From Terriglobia bacterium (lineage in GTDB: Bacteria > Acidobacteriota > Polarisedimenticolia > Polarisedimenticolales > JAIQFR01): a stretch of 64,000 nucleotides of DNA. The translations under genes were made by a program, and so were the position numbers. The stretch lies in the NCBI GenBank assembly GCA_963748015.1, contig CAVVHE010000008.1, positions 576,001-640,000 of the forward strand. The letters are read 5' to 3'. How positions within the stretch are numbered: the first letter of the stretch is position 1; the number at the start of each line of letters is the position of its first letter. Below are positions 9,279-19,810 of this stretch, in pieces. The notes under the pieces were generated by a model that saw only the letters and a program-made list of their open reading frames with translations, was not told where the DNA came from and did not search any database.

Positions 9279-11154
9279 ATGACCGCGAACGGGATCCTGC
9301 AGCTGGCCGTGTTCCTCGGGCTGATCCTGCTCTCGGCGAAGCCGATGGGCGCGTACATGGCCCGAGTGTTCCACGGGGAGCGCACGCTCCTCTCCCCCGC
9401 GCTGCGGCCCGTCGAGCGCCTCTTCTACAGGCTGCTCGGCGTCACGGGAAGACGAGGACATGCGGTGGACGACCTACACGTTCGCGATGCTGATGTTCAG
9501 CGTCGTCGGCGGCCTGGCTGAGCTACGCTCTCCTGCGCCTGCAGGGGTACCTGCCGCTGAACCCGCAGCATTTCGGCGGCCGCGAGATGACGGCAGACCT
9601 CGCGTTCAACACCGCGATGTCCTTCACCACGAACACGAACTGGCAGAACTACGTGCCCGAGGCCGTCGTCAGCTACTTCTCCAACATGGTGGCGCTGGCC
9701 TCGCACAACTGGATGTCGGCGGCCACGGGGATCGCGGTGGCGATCGCGGTCGTGCGCGGGTTCGCCCGCCACTCGGCGGACGGGCTCGGCAACTTCTGGG
9801 TGGACGTCACGCGCGCCACGCTTTACGTGCTGCTGCCGATCTCGATCGTGCTCGCCCTGCTGCTGGTCTGGCAGGGCGTGCCGCAGAACTTCGCTCCGTA
9901 CACGGCGAGCGACCACGCTGGAAGGGGCGGCGCAGGTCATCGCGCAGGGCCCGGTGGCCTCCCAGGAAGCCATCAAGATGCTCGGCACCAACGGGGGCGG
10001 CTTCTTCAACGCCAACTCCGCCCACCCGTTCGAGAACCCGACGCCCGCTCACGAACCTGCTCGAGATGCTCGCGATCTTCCTGATTCCCGCGGGGCTGAC
10101 GCTACACGTTCGGCAAGGATGGTGGGGAACACCCGCCAGGGATGGGCGATCTTCGGCCGCCATGACCCTCCTGTTCGCGGCGGGGCTTGGCGCTCTGCTA
10201 CTGGGCCGAGGCGAGGGGCAACCCGAACGTGGCGAAGCTCGGCGTCGAGACGGCCGCCGACCGCGGGACAGCCCGGCGGCAACATGGAAGGGAAGGAGAC
10301 CCGCTTCGGCATCGCCAACTCCGCGCTGTTCGCCTCCGTGACGACCGCGGCGTCGTGCGGCGCCGTGAATTCCATGCACGACAGCTTCACCGCCCTCGGC
10401 GGCATGGTGCCGCTGGTGTTCATCCTCGTGCGACGAGGTGATCTTCGGCGGGCGTGGGCGCGGGGCTCTACGGCATCCTGATGTACGCGGTGATCGCCGT
10501 GTTCATCGCCGGGCCTCATGGTCGGGCGCACGCCGGAGTACCTCGGCAAGAAGATCGAGAAGTACGAGGTGCGAATGGCGGTCCTCGCCCTGCTCATCCT
10601 GTTCGCGAACGTGGTGGTCTGGACCGGCCTGGGAACGAACCTCGAGCTGTCCCCCGGGAAGGACGTCCGGGCTTTCGCGGATTCGGCGACGGCGGACGAG
10701 GCGGCCTTCCTGAAGGCCCACCCGGCCGCCCGGTGGAACCACGTACAACAACAGCAGTCCCAGCACCTACTTCGGCGCCGCCTACAACAACGTCAACAAC
10801 TCCGGCCCGCACGGCTTCTCCGAGATCCTGTACCAGTACGCCTCGCAGACCGGCAACAACGGCTCCGCCTTCGCCGGCCTCACGGGCAACACGCCCTACT
10901 ACAACCTCACCGGGGGCCTCGCGATGCTCGTCGGGAGGTTTCTCATGATCGTCCCCCTGCTGGCGATGGCCGGAAGCCTGGCCCGGAAGAAGTCCGTGCC
11001 GGCTTCGGCCGGCACGCTGGCGACCGACACGGCCACCTTCGCCGTGCTGCTCGCCGGGGTCGTGCTGATCGTGGGCGCGCTCGAGTACTTCCCCGCGCTG
11101 GCGCTCGGGCCGATCGTGGAGCATTTCCAGATGATCGGCGGACAGCTCTTCTGA
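9279..11154 (+). CDS. kdpA: K+-transporting ATPase subunit A (many frameshifts, probably sequence errors)
   Basis: [42 protein letters not shown] and NNGSAF motifs spread across shifting frames. Confidence 0.9.
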
Positions 11155-11190
11155 TCGAAGGGAAGCAACGCGCCGAGGAGTGACGTATCC

Positions 11191-13344
11191 ATGGTGACCG
11201 AGGTCCGGGACAATCCCGCAGCCGCTCCCCCGCTCGAGCCGTCCGGGCTACCGGAAGCCGAAGCACGCGCCGAAGTCGCTCTTCGACCGGTCGATCGTCA
11301 AGCGCGCGAGCCTCGAGGCCTTCCGCAAGCTCGACCCCCGGCACGTCGCCAGGAATCCGGTGATGTTCGTGGTCGAGGTCGGGCAGCATCGTGACGACGA
11401 TCCTCCTCGCGCGCGATCTGTTCTCCGGCGCGCCACAACCTGCTGTTCAACTTCCAGATCACCGCTCTGGCTCTGGTTCACGGTCCTCTTCGCCAACTTC
11501 GCGGAGGCGATGGCGGAGGGGCGGGGCAAGGCGCAGGCCGACGCGCTCCGCAGGTCGAAGACGGAGACCATCGCCCGCCGGATCGTCGCGGAAGGCGCCG
11601 GCCGGAGCGCGGAGGAGCGGGTGCCGGCGACCGAGCTCCGCAAGGGCGACCTGGTCGTCTGCGAGGCGGGCGACGTGATCCCCGGGGACGGCGACGTGAT
11701 CGAGGGAATCGCCTCGGTGGACGAGTCCGCCATCACCGGCGAGAGCGCGCCCGTCATCCGCGAGACCGGGCGACCGCAGCGCGGTCACGGGCGGCACCCG
11801 GGTGCTCTCCGACCGAATCGTGGTGCGAATCACGTCGAACCCCGGCGAGGCGTTCATCGACCGCATGATCGCCCTGGTCGAGGGGGCCAAGCGGCAGAAG
11901 ACCCCCAACGAGATCGCGCTGACGATCCTCCTGGCGGGGACCACGATCATCTTCCTCCTCGCCGTCGCCACCCTCGTGCCCGTTCGCGGCCTACAGCGTG
12001 CGCTCGGCGGGAGCCGGGTCGCCGCCGACGATCTTCCTGCTGTCGGCGCTGCTCGTCTGCCTCATCCCGACCACGATCGGCGGGCTGCTGTCGGCCATCG
12101 GCATCGCGGGCATGGACCGCGTCATGCAGCACAACGTCCTCGCGATGTCGGGGAAGGCGGTGGAAGCCGCGGGCGACGTCAACACCCTGCTACTGGACAA
12201 GACCGGGACGATCACGCTCGGCAACCGGCAGGCGGTCGAGTTCGTCCCGCTGCCCGGAGTGCCGATCGACGATCTCGCCAACGCGGCCCAGCTCTCGTCC
12301 CTGGCCGACGAGACGCCCGAGGGGCGCAGCATCGTCGTGCTGGCGAAGGAGAAGTACGGCTTGCGGGGGCGGGCGCTGGCCGGGCACGACGCGGAGTTCA
12401 TCCCTTTCACGGCCCAGACGCGGATGAGCGGCGTGAACCTTGGAGGCCTGAGGATCCGCAAGGGGGCGGGGGACGCGATCAAGCGTTACCTCGACGGGCA
12501 AGGGGGAGACGTCCCGAAGGAGCTCGACGAGATCGTGAACCGCATCGCGAGGGCCGGAGGCACGCCGCTCGTGGTGGCCGTCAACGAGCTGGCGCTCGGC
12601 GTCATTCAGCTCAAGGACATCGTCAAGGGCGGGATGCGGCAGCGTTTCGACCGGCTCCGCGCGATGGGCATCAAGACGGTGATGATCACGGGCGACAACC
12701 ATCTCACCGCGGCGTCCATCGCGCAGGAGGCGGGAGTGGACGACTTCCTCGCCGAGGCGACCCCCGAGACCAAGATGGCGCTCATCCGGAAGGAGCAGCA
12801 GGGCGGCAAACTCGTGGCGATGACGGGCGACGGGACGAACGACGCCCCCGCCCTGGCGCAGGCCGACGTCGGCGTGGCGATGAACACGGGGACGCAGGCC
12901 GCCAAGGAAGCCGGGAACATGGTGGATCTCGACAGCAATCCCACCAAGCTGATCGAGATCGTGGAGATCGGCAAGCAGCTGCTGATGACGCGCGGGTCGC
13001 TCACCACGTTCAGCATCGCGAACGACATCTCGAAGTACTTCTGCATCATCCCCGCGATGTTCGCCGCGACCTACCCGATGCTGAGCGCGATCAACTTCCT
13101 CTGCTACGGTCCCGGAGCCGCTCGGTCCACGCCCAACTCCGCGGTGCTGGCGGCGGTGATCTTCAACGCGCTGGTCATCGTCGCGCTGATTCCCTTGGCC
13201 CTGCGGGGGGTCCGCTACAAGCCGATGGGGGCCTCCGCGGTCCTGAGGCGGAACCTGCTGATCTACGGAGTCGGCGGCGTCCTGGTCCCGTTCCCGGCGA
13301 TCTGGGCCATCGATCGCCTGCTCGTGCTGCTGAGGCTCGCGTGA
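11191..13344 (+). CDS. kdpB: K+-transporting P-type ATPase subunit B (frameshifts in the 5' ~800 bp)
   Basis: [15 protein letters not shown] and [10 protein letters not shown] motifs; intact frame from ~12000. Confidence 0.92.
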
Positions 13345-13433
13345 GCGCGGGGCGGCGGACTGCGGAGCGGGGACGAACGCTCTTGAGCTTGCGCCGGGAA
13401 ACGTGTGTAATCGAGAGGTGAGGAGAAACGAGG

Positions 13434-14069
13434 ATGTTCCGGCAGCTGCGTTCCGCCGTTCTGAGCGTGCTCGGGTTCATGGCACTCCTCGGCGTCGTGT
13501 TCCCGGTCGCGATCACCGCCGTCTCGCAGGTGGCCTTCCCCCGCCGGGCGAACGGGAGCCTGATCGAGCGAGGCGGGAAGACCGTGGGGTCGGAGCTACT
13601 CGGCCAGCGCTTCTCGGCTCCGGAGTACTTCCACCCGCGGCCCTCCGCGGCCGGCGACGGGTACGACGCCGCCGCGTCGGCCGGGACGAACCTCGGTCCG
13701 ACCTCGGACAAGCTGATCCACGGCGTCCACCGGAAGCTGCCGAGCGGCGAGGACGCCCCCGGGAACTTCGACGGCATCGGGGACCTCGCGGCCGCCTACC
13801 GGTCCGAGAACGGCCTTTCCCCGAGTGCTTCGGTTCCGGCCGACGCGGTGACCCGCTCCGGCAGCGGGCTCGATCCGGACATCAGCCCCGCGAACGCGGA
13901 AGCCCAGCTGGCGCGGGTCTCGAAGGCGCGCGGGCTCCCGGAGGAAGTGGTGCACGGGCTCGTGTCGCGGTGCACGAGGGGACGCCAGCTCGGCTTTCTC
14001 GGGGAACCGAGAGTCAACGTGCTCCTGCTGAACCTGGCCCTGGACGCCGAGTCGGGGCACCCTCACTGA
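13434..14069 (+). CDS. kdpC: K+-transporting ATPase subunit C
   Basis: ANGSLI, YFHPRPSA, SGSGLDPDIS and EPRVNVLLLNLALD motifs. Confidence 0.95.
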   Translation: MFRQLRSAVLSVLGFMALLGVVFPVAITAVSQVAFPRRANGSLIERGGKTVGSELLGQRFSAPEYFHPRPSAAGDGYDAAASAGTNLGPTSDKLIHGVHRKLPSGEDAPGNFDGIGDLAAAYRSENGLSPSASVPADAVTRSGSGLDPDISPANAEAQLARVSKARGLPEEVVHGLVSRCTRGRQLGFLGEPRVNVLLLNLALDAESGHPH

Positions 14070-14083
14070 GCCCGGATTAGAAC

Positions 14084-16804
14084 ATGGAGACCGATCGCAG
14101 GCCCGACCCCGACGCGCTGCTCGCCAGGATCCGGGAAGAGGAGCGGCTGTCGTCGCGCGGCCGCCTGAAGATCTTCTTCGGTGCCGCGGCCGGGGTCGGG
14201 AAGACGTTCGCGATGCTCCAGGCCGCGCACGAGCGTCTCGCGGGCGGCGTGGACGTCGTCGTCGGCCACGCGGTCACCCACGGGAGGGCGGAGACGGAAG
14301 CCCTCCTGGTGGGGCTGCCCATCCTGCCGAGCCGACACGCGGCGCACCGCGGCCACACGCTCGAGGAGTTCGACCTCGACGCCGCGCTGGTCCGGAAGCC
14401 GCAGCTCCTCATCCTGGACGAGCTGGCCCACACGAACGCTCCGGGCTCCCGCCATGCGCGGCGCCACCAGGACGTCGAGGAGCTGCTGCAGGCGGGGATC
14501 GACGTCTACACGACCCTCAACGTCCAGCACATCGAGAGCCTGAACGACCTGGTCGCTCAGATCACGGGCGTCACGGTCCGCGAGACCGTGCCCGACTCCG
14601 TCCTCGAGACGGCCGACGACGTGGCGCTCGTGGATCTCCCCCCCGACGAGCTGCTCGCGAGGCTCCGCGAGGGGAAGGTCTACATCCCGGACCAGGCCGA
14701 GCGGGCCATGGCCAACTTCTTTCGGAAGGGGAACCTGATCGCGCTCCGGGAAATGGCGCTGCGGTGCACCGCCGACCGGGTGGACGCGCAGATGCAGGTC
14801 TACCGGAAGTCCGAGGGCCCGGAACGCACGTGGCCGATCACCGAGAAGATCCTGGTGTGCATCAGTCCCAGCCCGTCCGCGACACGGGTCGTCCGGGCCG
14901 GGCGCCGCCTCGCGCGCCGCTTGCGCGCCGAGTGGACCGTTCTCTTCGTCGAGCAGTCGCGGCATGTGGCGCTCAAGGAGGCCGACCGGGACTACGCGCC
15001 GAACGCCCTTCGGCTGGCCGAGCAGCTCGGCGCCGAGGCGGTCACGATCTCGGCCCATGACGCCATCGAGGAGATCATCAGCTACGCGAGGGCGCGCAAC
15101 TTCTCGAAGATCGTGGTCGGCAAGCCGGCACGGTACTGGTGGGTGCGGGAGCTGTTCACCGGGTCGTTCGTCGAGAAACTGGCCCGCCAGAGCGGCGACA
15201 TCGACGTGTTCATCGTCCATGGCGGCCGCGCGGACGAGACCGAGGCGCGACCCGCCGCCCCGGTTCGAGCGGGCCCTGTGGACTGGCCGGGCTACGGGTG
15301 GTCCACGGCCACGGTCGCAGTCTGCACCCTGATCACGGCCCTGATGAGGAGCCACTTCGAGCCGTCGAACCTCGTCATGGTCTATCTCCTCGGCGTGATG
15401 ATCGTCGCCACCCGCTGGGGCCGCGGGCCGTCGCTGCTGGCCGCGTTGCTCGGCGTGGCGGCGTTCGACTTCTTCTTCGTGCCCCCGTACCTCACGTTCG
15501 CGGTCAGGGACTACCAGTACCTGGTCACGTTCGCGGTGATGGTGACGGTGGGAGTGACCATCAGCGCGCTGGCCGTCAGGATCAAGGAGCAGGCCGACGT
15601 CGCCCGCCAGCGCGAGCGGCGGACCGGCGCCCTCTACGCGCTGAGCCGCGAGCTGGCCTCGACGCGCAGCCTGGACGAGATGATCTCCGCCGTGAGGCGG
15701 CATCTCGAGGAGGTCTTCGAGGGCGAATCGGCCGTCTATCTCGCGGGAAGCCACGGCCGGCTCGAGCTTCGGCCCGCGAACGGGCCGGCCTTCGCTCTCG
15801 ACCCGAAAGAGGCGGCGGTGGCGCAGTGGGTCCACGAGCACTCCGAGGCCGCCGGGCGGGGAACCAACACGCTCGCGGGCGCGGAAGGGCTGTACCTTCC
15901 TCTCGTGGGAAGCCGCGGCCCCGTGGGCGTTCTGGCCGTCCGGCTCGAGCACCATCGCCGTCCGCTGGCGACGGACCCGATGCACCTGCTCGAGACTTTC
16001 GCCAACCAGGCCGCGCTCGCCCTCGAGCGGGCGCTCCTCGCGCGGGAGGCGCACCGGCACCGGCTCGAGGCCGAGGGGGAGAGCCTTCGCAACGACCTCC
16101 TCGCCGCGGTGTCGCACGATCTCAGGACCCCGCTCTCCGCGATCTCGGGCGCCGCGAGCAGCCTGGCGTTCAGCGAGGACCGGCTCGACCCCGCTTCGCG
16201 GCGCGAGTTGGTCCTGACGATCCACGAGGAGGCCGAGCGCATGACCCGGCTCGCGAACAACCTCCTGGACATGGGCCGGCTCCAGGCCCGCCGGGTCACC
16301 CTCCGCCGGGAATGGCAGCCTCTCGAGGAAGTCTGCGGGGCGGCGCTCCACCAGCTCGACCTTCACCTCAGGGGCCGCGAGGTGGTGCTGCGGCTTCCCG
16401 AGGAGCTGCCCCTCGTCCCCATCGACGACGTACTCATCGAGCGGGTGCTCGTCAACCTGCTGGAGAACGCCCTGCGCTACACGCCCCCCGGCACGCCCAT
16501 CGAGCTCGCGGCGTCCGCCGGGCCGGCCGAGGTCCTCGTGGAGGTGCTGGACCGTGGCCCCGGGTTCCTTGCCGGAGAGGAGACCAGGATCTTCGAGAAG
16601 TTCTTCCGGGGCGAGGCCGCCCAATCGCGCCACGGCATCGGCCTGGGCCTGGCGGTGGCCCGCAGCATCGTCGAGGCGCACGGCGGGAGGATCTGGGCGG
16701 AGAATCGCCGGGGAGGCGGAGCGGCGTTCCGCTTCTCGCTGCCCCTCAAGGGCGAGCCGCCCGACGTGTCCGGCGAGCCGGGGGAGACGGAGGTCGCACC
16801 GTGA
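14084..16804 (+). CDS. kdpD: Sensor histidine kinase KdpD
   Basis: GRLKIFFGAAAGVGKT, DELAHTN, Usp domain, 4 TM, GAF, H-box SHDLRTPL and HATPase. Confidence 0.96.
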   Translation: METDRRPDPDALLARIREEERLSSRGRLKIFFGAAAGVGKTFAMLQAAHERLAGGVDVVVGHAVTHGRAETEALLVGLPILPSRHAAHRGHTLEEFDLDAALVRKPQLLILDELAHTNAPGSRHARRHQDVEELLQAGIDVYTTLNVQHIESLNDLVAQITGVTVRETVPDSVLETADDVALVDLPPDELLARLREGKVYIPDQAERAMANFFRKGNLIALREMALRCTADRVDAQMQVYRKSEGPERTWPITEKILVCISPSPSATRVVRAGRRLARRLRAEWTVLFVEQSRHVALKEADRDYAPNALRLAEQLGAEAVTISAHDAIEEIISYARARNFSKIVVGKPARYWWVRELFTGSFVEKLARQSGDIDVFIVHGGRADETEARPAAPVRAGPVDWPGYGWSTATVAVCTLITALMRSHFEPSNLVMVYLLGVMIVATRWGRGPSLLAALLGVAAFDFFFVPPYLTFAVRDYQYLVTFAVMVTVGVTISALAVRIKEQADVARQRERRTGALYALSRELASTRSLDEMISAVRRHLEEVFEGESAVYLAGSHGRLELRPANGPAFALDPKEAAVAQWVHEHSEAAGRGTNTLAGAEGLYLPLVGSRGPVGVLAVRLEHHRRPLATDPMHLLETFANQAALALERALLAREAHRHRLEAEGESLRNDLLAAVSHDLRTPLSAISGAASSLAFSEDRLDPASRRELVLTIHEEAERMTRLANNLLDMGRLQARRVTLRREWQPLEEVCGAALHQLDLHLRGREVVLRLPEELPLVPIDDVLIERVLVNLLENALRYTPPGTPIELAASAGPAEVLVEVLDRGPGFLAGEETRIFEKFFRGEAAQSRHGIGLGLAVARSIVEAHGGRIWAENRRGGGAAFRFSLPLKGEPPDVSGEPGETEVAP

Positions 16805-17502
16805 GCGACACCCCGCCGACGATTCTCCTGATCGAGGACGATCCGCAGATCCGCCGGTTCCTCCGGGCCGCGCTGCCGGCGCACGGATACCGCCTGGTCG
16901 AGGCGGAGACGGGAGAGAGCGGGCTCACCCAGGCGGCGACCCGAACGCCCGATGTCGTCCTGCTCGACCTGGGCCTCCCGGACGTGGACGGTCTCGACGT
17001 GACCCGCCGGCTGCGGGAATGGTCGCAGGTGCCGATCGTCGTGCTGTCGGCGCGCGGCCTCGAAGGGGACAAGGTCGCCGCCCTCGACGCGGGCGCCGAC
17101 GACTACCTGACCAAGCCGTTCGGCGTCGAGGAGCTGCTGGCCCGGCTGCGCGTCGCGCTCCGGCACGCCGCGCGGGCGGGCTCGGGCTCGGCGGGACCCC
17201 TCTTCGCGACGGGGGATCTCACGGTGGATCTCGCCGGGCGGCAGGTCCGGGTTCGAGGGCAGGAGGTCCATCTCACCCCCACGGAGTTCAAGCTCCTTGC
17301 GCTTCTCGTCAAGCACGCGGGCAAGGTCGTCACCCAGCGCCAACTGCTCGTCGAGGTGTGGGGGCCTGGCTCCGCGAGGAACGCGCACTACCTGAGGGTC
17401 CAGATGTATGGCCTCCGGCACAAGCTCGAGGAGACCCCCGCGCGCCCGCGGTACCTCGTCACCGAGCCCGGGGTCGGCTACCGGCTCCGCGAGGAGAATT
17501 GA
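16801..17502 (+). CDS. kdpE: Response regulator KdpE
   Basis: GTGA overlap with kdpD; LLDLGLPD, GADDYLTKPF and winged helix TEPGVGYR. Confidence 0.95.
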   Translation: MSDTPPTILLIEDDPQIRRFLRAALPAHGYRLVEAETGESGLTQAATRTPDVVLLDLGLPDVDGLDVTRRLREWSQVPIVVLSARGLEGDKVAALDAGADDYLTKPFGVEELLARLRVALRHAARAGSGSAGPLFATGDLTVDLAGRQVRVRGQEVHLTPTEFKLLALLVKHAGKVVTQRQLLVEVWGPGSARNAHYLRVQMYGLRHKLEETPARPRYLVTEPGVGYRLREEN

Positions 17503-17643
17503 GCCGGCCGCGCGCACGGCCCGTGGTGAGCCTTCCGGCGGCCTACGCGGGCGCGCGGCTCGCCCCCCGGCCGGCGCCGTTTCGATAGCCGTTCCCTTTG
17601 GGTTAACATGGGCCCGGTTTCCAACCCGAGGAGGACCCACGCC

Positions 17644-18261
17644 ATGTGCGAAACGGCCGCGACTCTGAAGCTGGGGCAAAAGGTCCCCGACTTCGCGCTC
17701 GACACCTACGATCCCGTGCAGGACGATTTCGGCAGCTTCCGCCTCGCGGACCAGCTCGCGAAGAAGCGCTGGACGATCCTGTTCTTCTACCCGGCCGACT
17801 TCACCTTCGTCTGAGCGACGGAATTCGCTGCTCTGGCAGAGCAGCACGACCGTTTCGTGAAGATGGGGTGCGACATCGTCACCGTGAGCACCGACACCAA
17901 GTTCGTGCACCTCGCGTGGAAGAAGAGCGAGGGGGAGCTGGCGAGCGTGAAGTACCCGATGGGTTCCGACCCGACGGGCAAGGTGTCGAGGGCGTTCGGC
18001 GTTTACGACGAGGCCACCGGCCTCGACCTCCGCGGGACCTTCGTCATCAATCCCGAGGGTACGCTCCTGAACTCCGAGGTGAACTTCTACAACCTCGGGC
18101 GGAACATCGACGAGCTGCTGCGGAAATTCAAGGCGAACGTGTACATGGGGAGGAAGGCGAACGAGGCGTGCCCCTCGAAGTGGAAGGACGAGGGGGACAA
18201 GACGCTCGTCAACCCCGGCGCCAAGATGGTCGGGAAGGTCCACGAGGCGCTTTCTGGCTGA
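17644..18261 (+). CDS. Peroxiredoxin (AhpC/Prx1 type), selenocysteine-containing (UGA codon 57)
   Basis: GAGGA RBS; FFYPADFTFV-TGA(17812-17814)-ATE at the peroxidatic Cys position; the frame continues to GRNIDELLR and ACPSKW. Confidence 0.92.
17815..17860 (+). promoter_or_regulatory. Bacterial SECIS element
   Basis: Perfect stem GCTGCTCT(17827-34)/AGAGCAGC(17838-45) with a GGC loop 20 nt after the in-frame UGA. Confidence 0.8.
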
Positions 18262-18301
18262 TCCCGCCGAGAGCTTCGGGCCCGGCGCCCCAGGAAAGAG
18301 C

Positions 18302-19807
18302 GTGTCCGAACGACCGCGGATCGTGCTGACCGGGGCCGCCGGGTTCCTGGGGCGCCGATTGCTTCGGCGCCTGCGCTCGACCCACCACGTGATCGCTATC
18401 GACCGCCAGCCGCGGGCCGATCCCGATTTTTCCGATCATCCGAACGTCGAGTGGCACCCGATCGACCTGGCCGACCCGGGCGCGGTCGAGGAGACCTTCG
18501 ACGCGATCGGCCGCGGGGGAGGGGCGGAATACCTGGTCCACCTCGCGGCCTGGTACGACTTCACGGGCCAGGACAACCTCGAATACGAGCGGACCAACGT
18601 CCTAGGGACGAGGCTCGTCCTCGAACGCGCGGAGGGGCTCGGCCTGCGCCTCTTCGTCTTCGCCAGCTCGGTGGCCGCGTGCGGTTTCTCTTCTCCGGGA
18701 CGGCCCATCACCGAGGAGACCCTTCCCCACGGCGAGCACGTCTACGCGGCGACGAAGCGGAAAGGGGAGGAGATGTTGCGGGACCGCGCCCGCCGCCTCC
18801 GCTCCTGCATCGTACGCTTCGCGGCCCTCTACTCCGACTGGTCCGAGTACCCGCCGCTCCACGCCTTCCTCGAGACGTGGCTCTCGAGCCGGTGGAACGC
18901 GAGGATCCTCGGCGGCGCGGGAGCGTCCGCGGTCCCTTTCCTCCACGTGAGGGATGCGGCATCGTTCGTCCTCAGGGCGCTCGCACTGGCGGACGACCTC
19001 GAGCCCGCCGAGGTCCTCCTCGCGAGCCCCGACGGCGCCGTCACGCACCGGGAGCTGTTCGAGGCGGCGACGTCGTACCGCTTCGGCGCGCCGCGGACCC
19101 CGCTCATGGTCCCGAAACCCCTCGCCCGCGTGGGGATGTGGGGCCGGGACCTCGTCGGCCGCCTTCGCGGCGAGCGCCCGTTCGAGCAGCCGTGGATGGC
19201 CGACTACATCGACAAGAGGATGGAGGTGGACGCGAGCCGCACCCGCAGGCGCCTCGGCTGGGCGCCCCGCGCGCGCCTCGAGATCCTCAACCGGATCCCG
19301 TTCCTGGTGGAGAACCGCGAGACCGATCCGATGGAGTGGTACCGCCGGAACCGCGAGGCGCTCGCGCACCTCGAGCTGCGTCCCAGCTTCCGTATCTACC
19401 GCCTCCTGCTCAAGCACGAGCCGGAGATCGCGCGGCGGTACGCCGGCGAGCTGTCCGGAGAGGGCGAGGGCGCCGGGATGCCCGGGTACGGCGGCCTGCC
19501 GGCGGACGAGCGGGAGTGGATCGCGCGCCTCGCCGTCCACAACCTCGCCCAGGCGGTCCGAGCGGGAGAGAAGCGCTCCTTCATGAGCTATTGCCGAGAC
19601 TTCGCCGAGCGGCGGGCGCAGCAGGGGTTCCGGGCCGCGGAAGTGGTGCACGCGATCCGCTCGCTCGAGCGGATCTGCCTCGAGACGCTGAAGCGGGACC
19701 CCGAGGCGGCCGGTCTCGACCGCGCGCTGCGCGACTACGTGAGCATGACCCTCGAGTTCGGCATCGACCAGGTGATCGAGGCCTACGAGGACGCCGCGGC
19801 CGGCTAG
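18302..19807 (+). CDS. NAD-dependent epimerase/dehydratase (extended SDR) with an extra helical C-terminal domain
   Basis: TGAAGFLG, HLAA and YAATK; ~150-aa C-terminal extension. Confidence 0.88.
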   Translation: MSERPRIVLTGAAGFLGRRLLRRLRSTHHVIAIDRQPRADPDFSDHPNVEWHPIDLADPGAVEETFDAIGRGGGAEYLVHLAAWYDFTGQDNLEYERTNVLGTRLVLERAEGLGLRLFVFASSVAACGFSSPGRPITEETLPHGEHVYAATKRKGEEMLRDRARRLRSCIVRFAALYSDWSEYPPLHAFLETWLSSRWNARILGGAGASAVPFLHVRDAASFVLRALALADDLEPAEVLLASPDGAVTHRELFEAATSYRFGAPRTPLMVPKPLARVGMWGRDLVGRLRGERPFEQPWMADYIDKRMEVDASRTRRRLGWAPRARLEILNRIPFLVENRETDPMEWYRRNREALAHLELRPSFRIYRLLLKHEPEIARRYAGELSGEGEGAGMPGYGGLPADEREWIARLAVHNLAQAVRAGEKRSFMSYCRDFAERRAQQGFRAAEVVHAIRSLERICLETLKRDPEAAGLDRALRDYVSMTLEFGIDQVIEAYEDAAAG

Positions 19808-19810
19808 ACT

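Noticed and set aside
9279..12000. kdpA/kdpB as true pseudogenes or programmed frameshifting
   Set aside because: Too many indels with otherwise pristine motifs and intact kdpCDE; best explained as sequence error
17812..17814. Nonsense mutation in the peroxiredoxin
   Set aside because: The position at the catalytic Cys plus the SECIS hairpin favours selenocysteine
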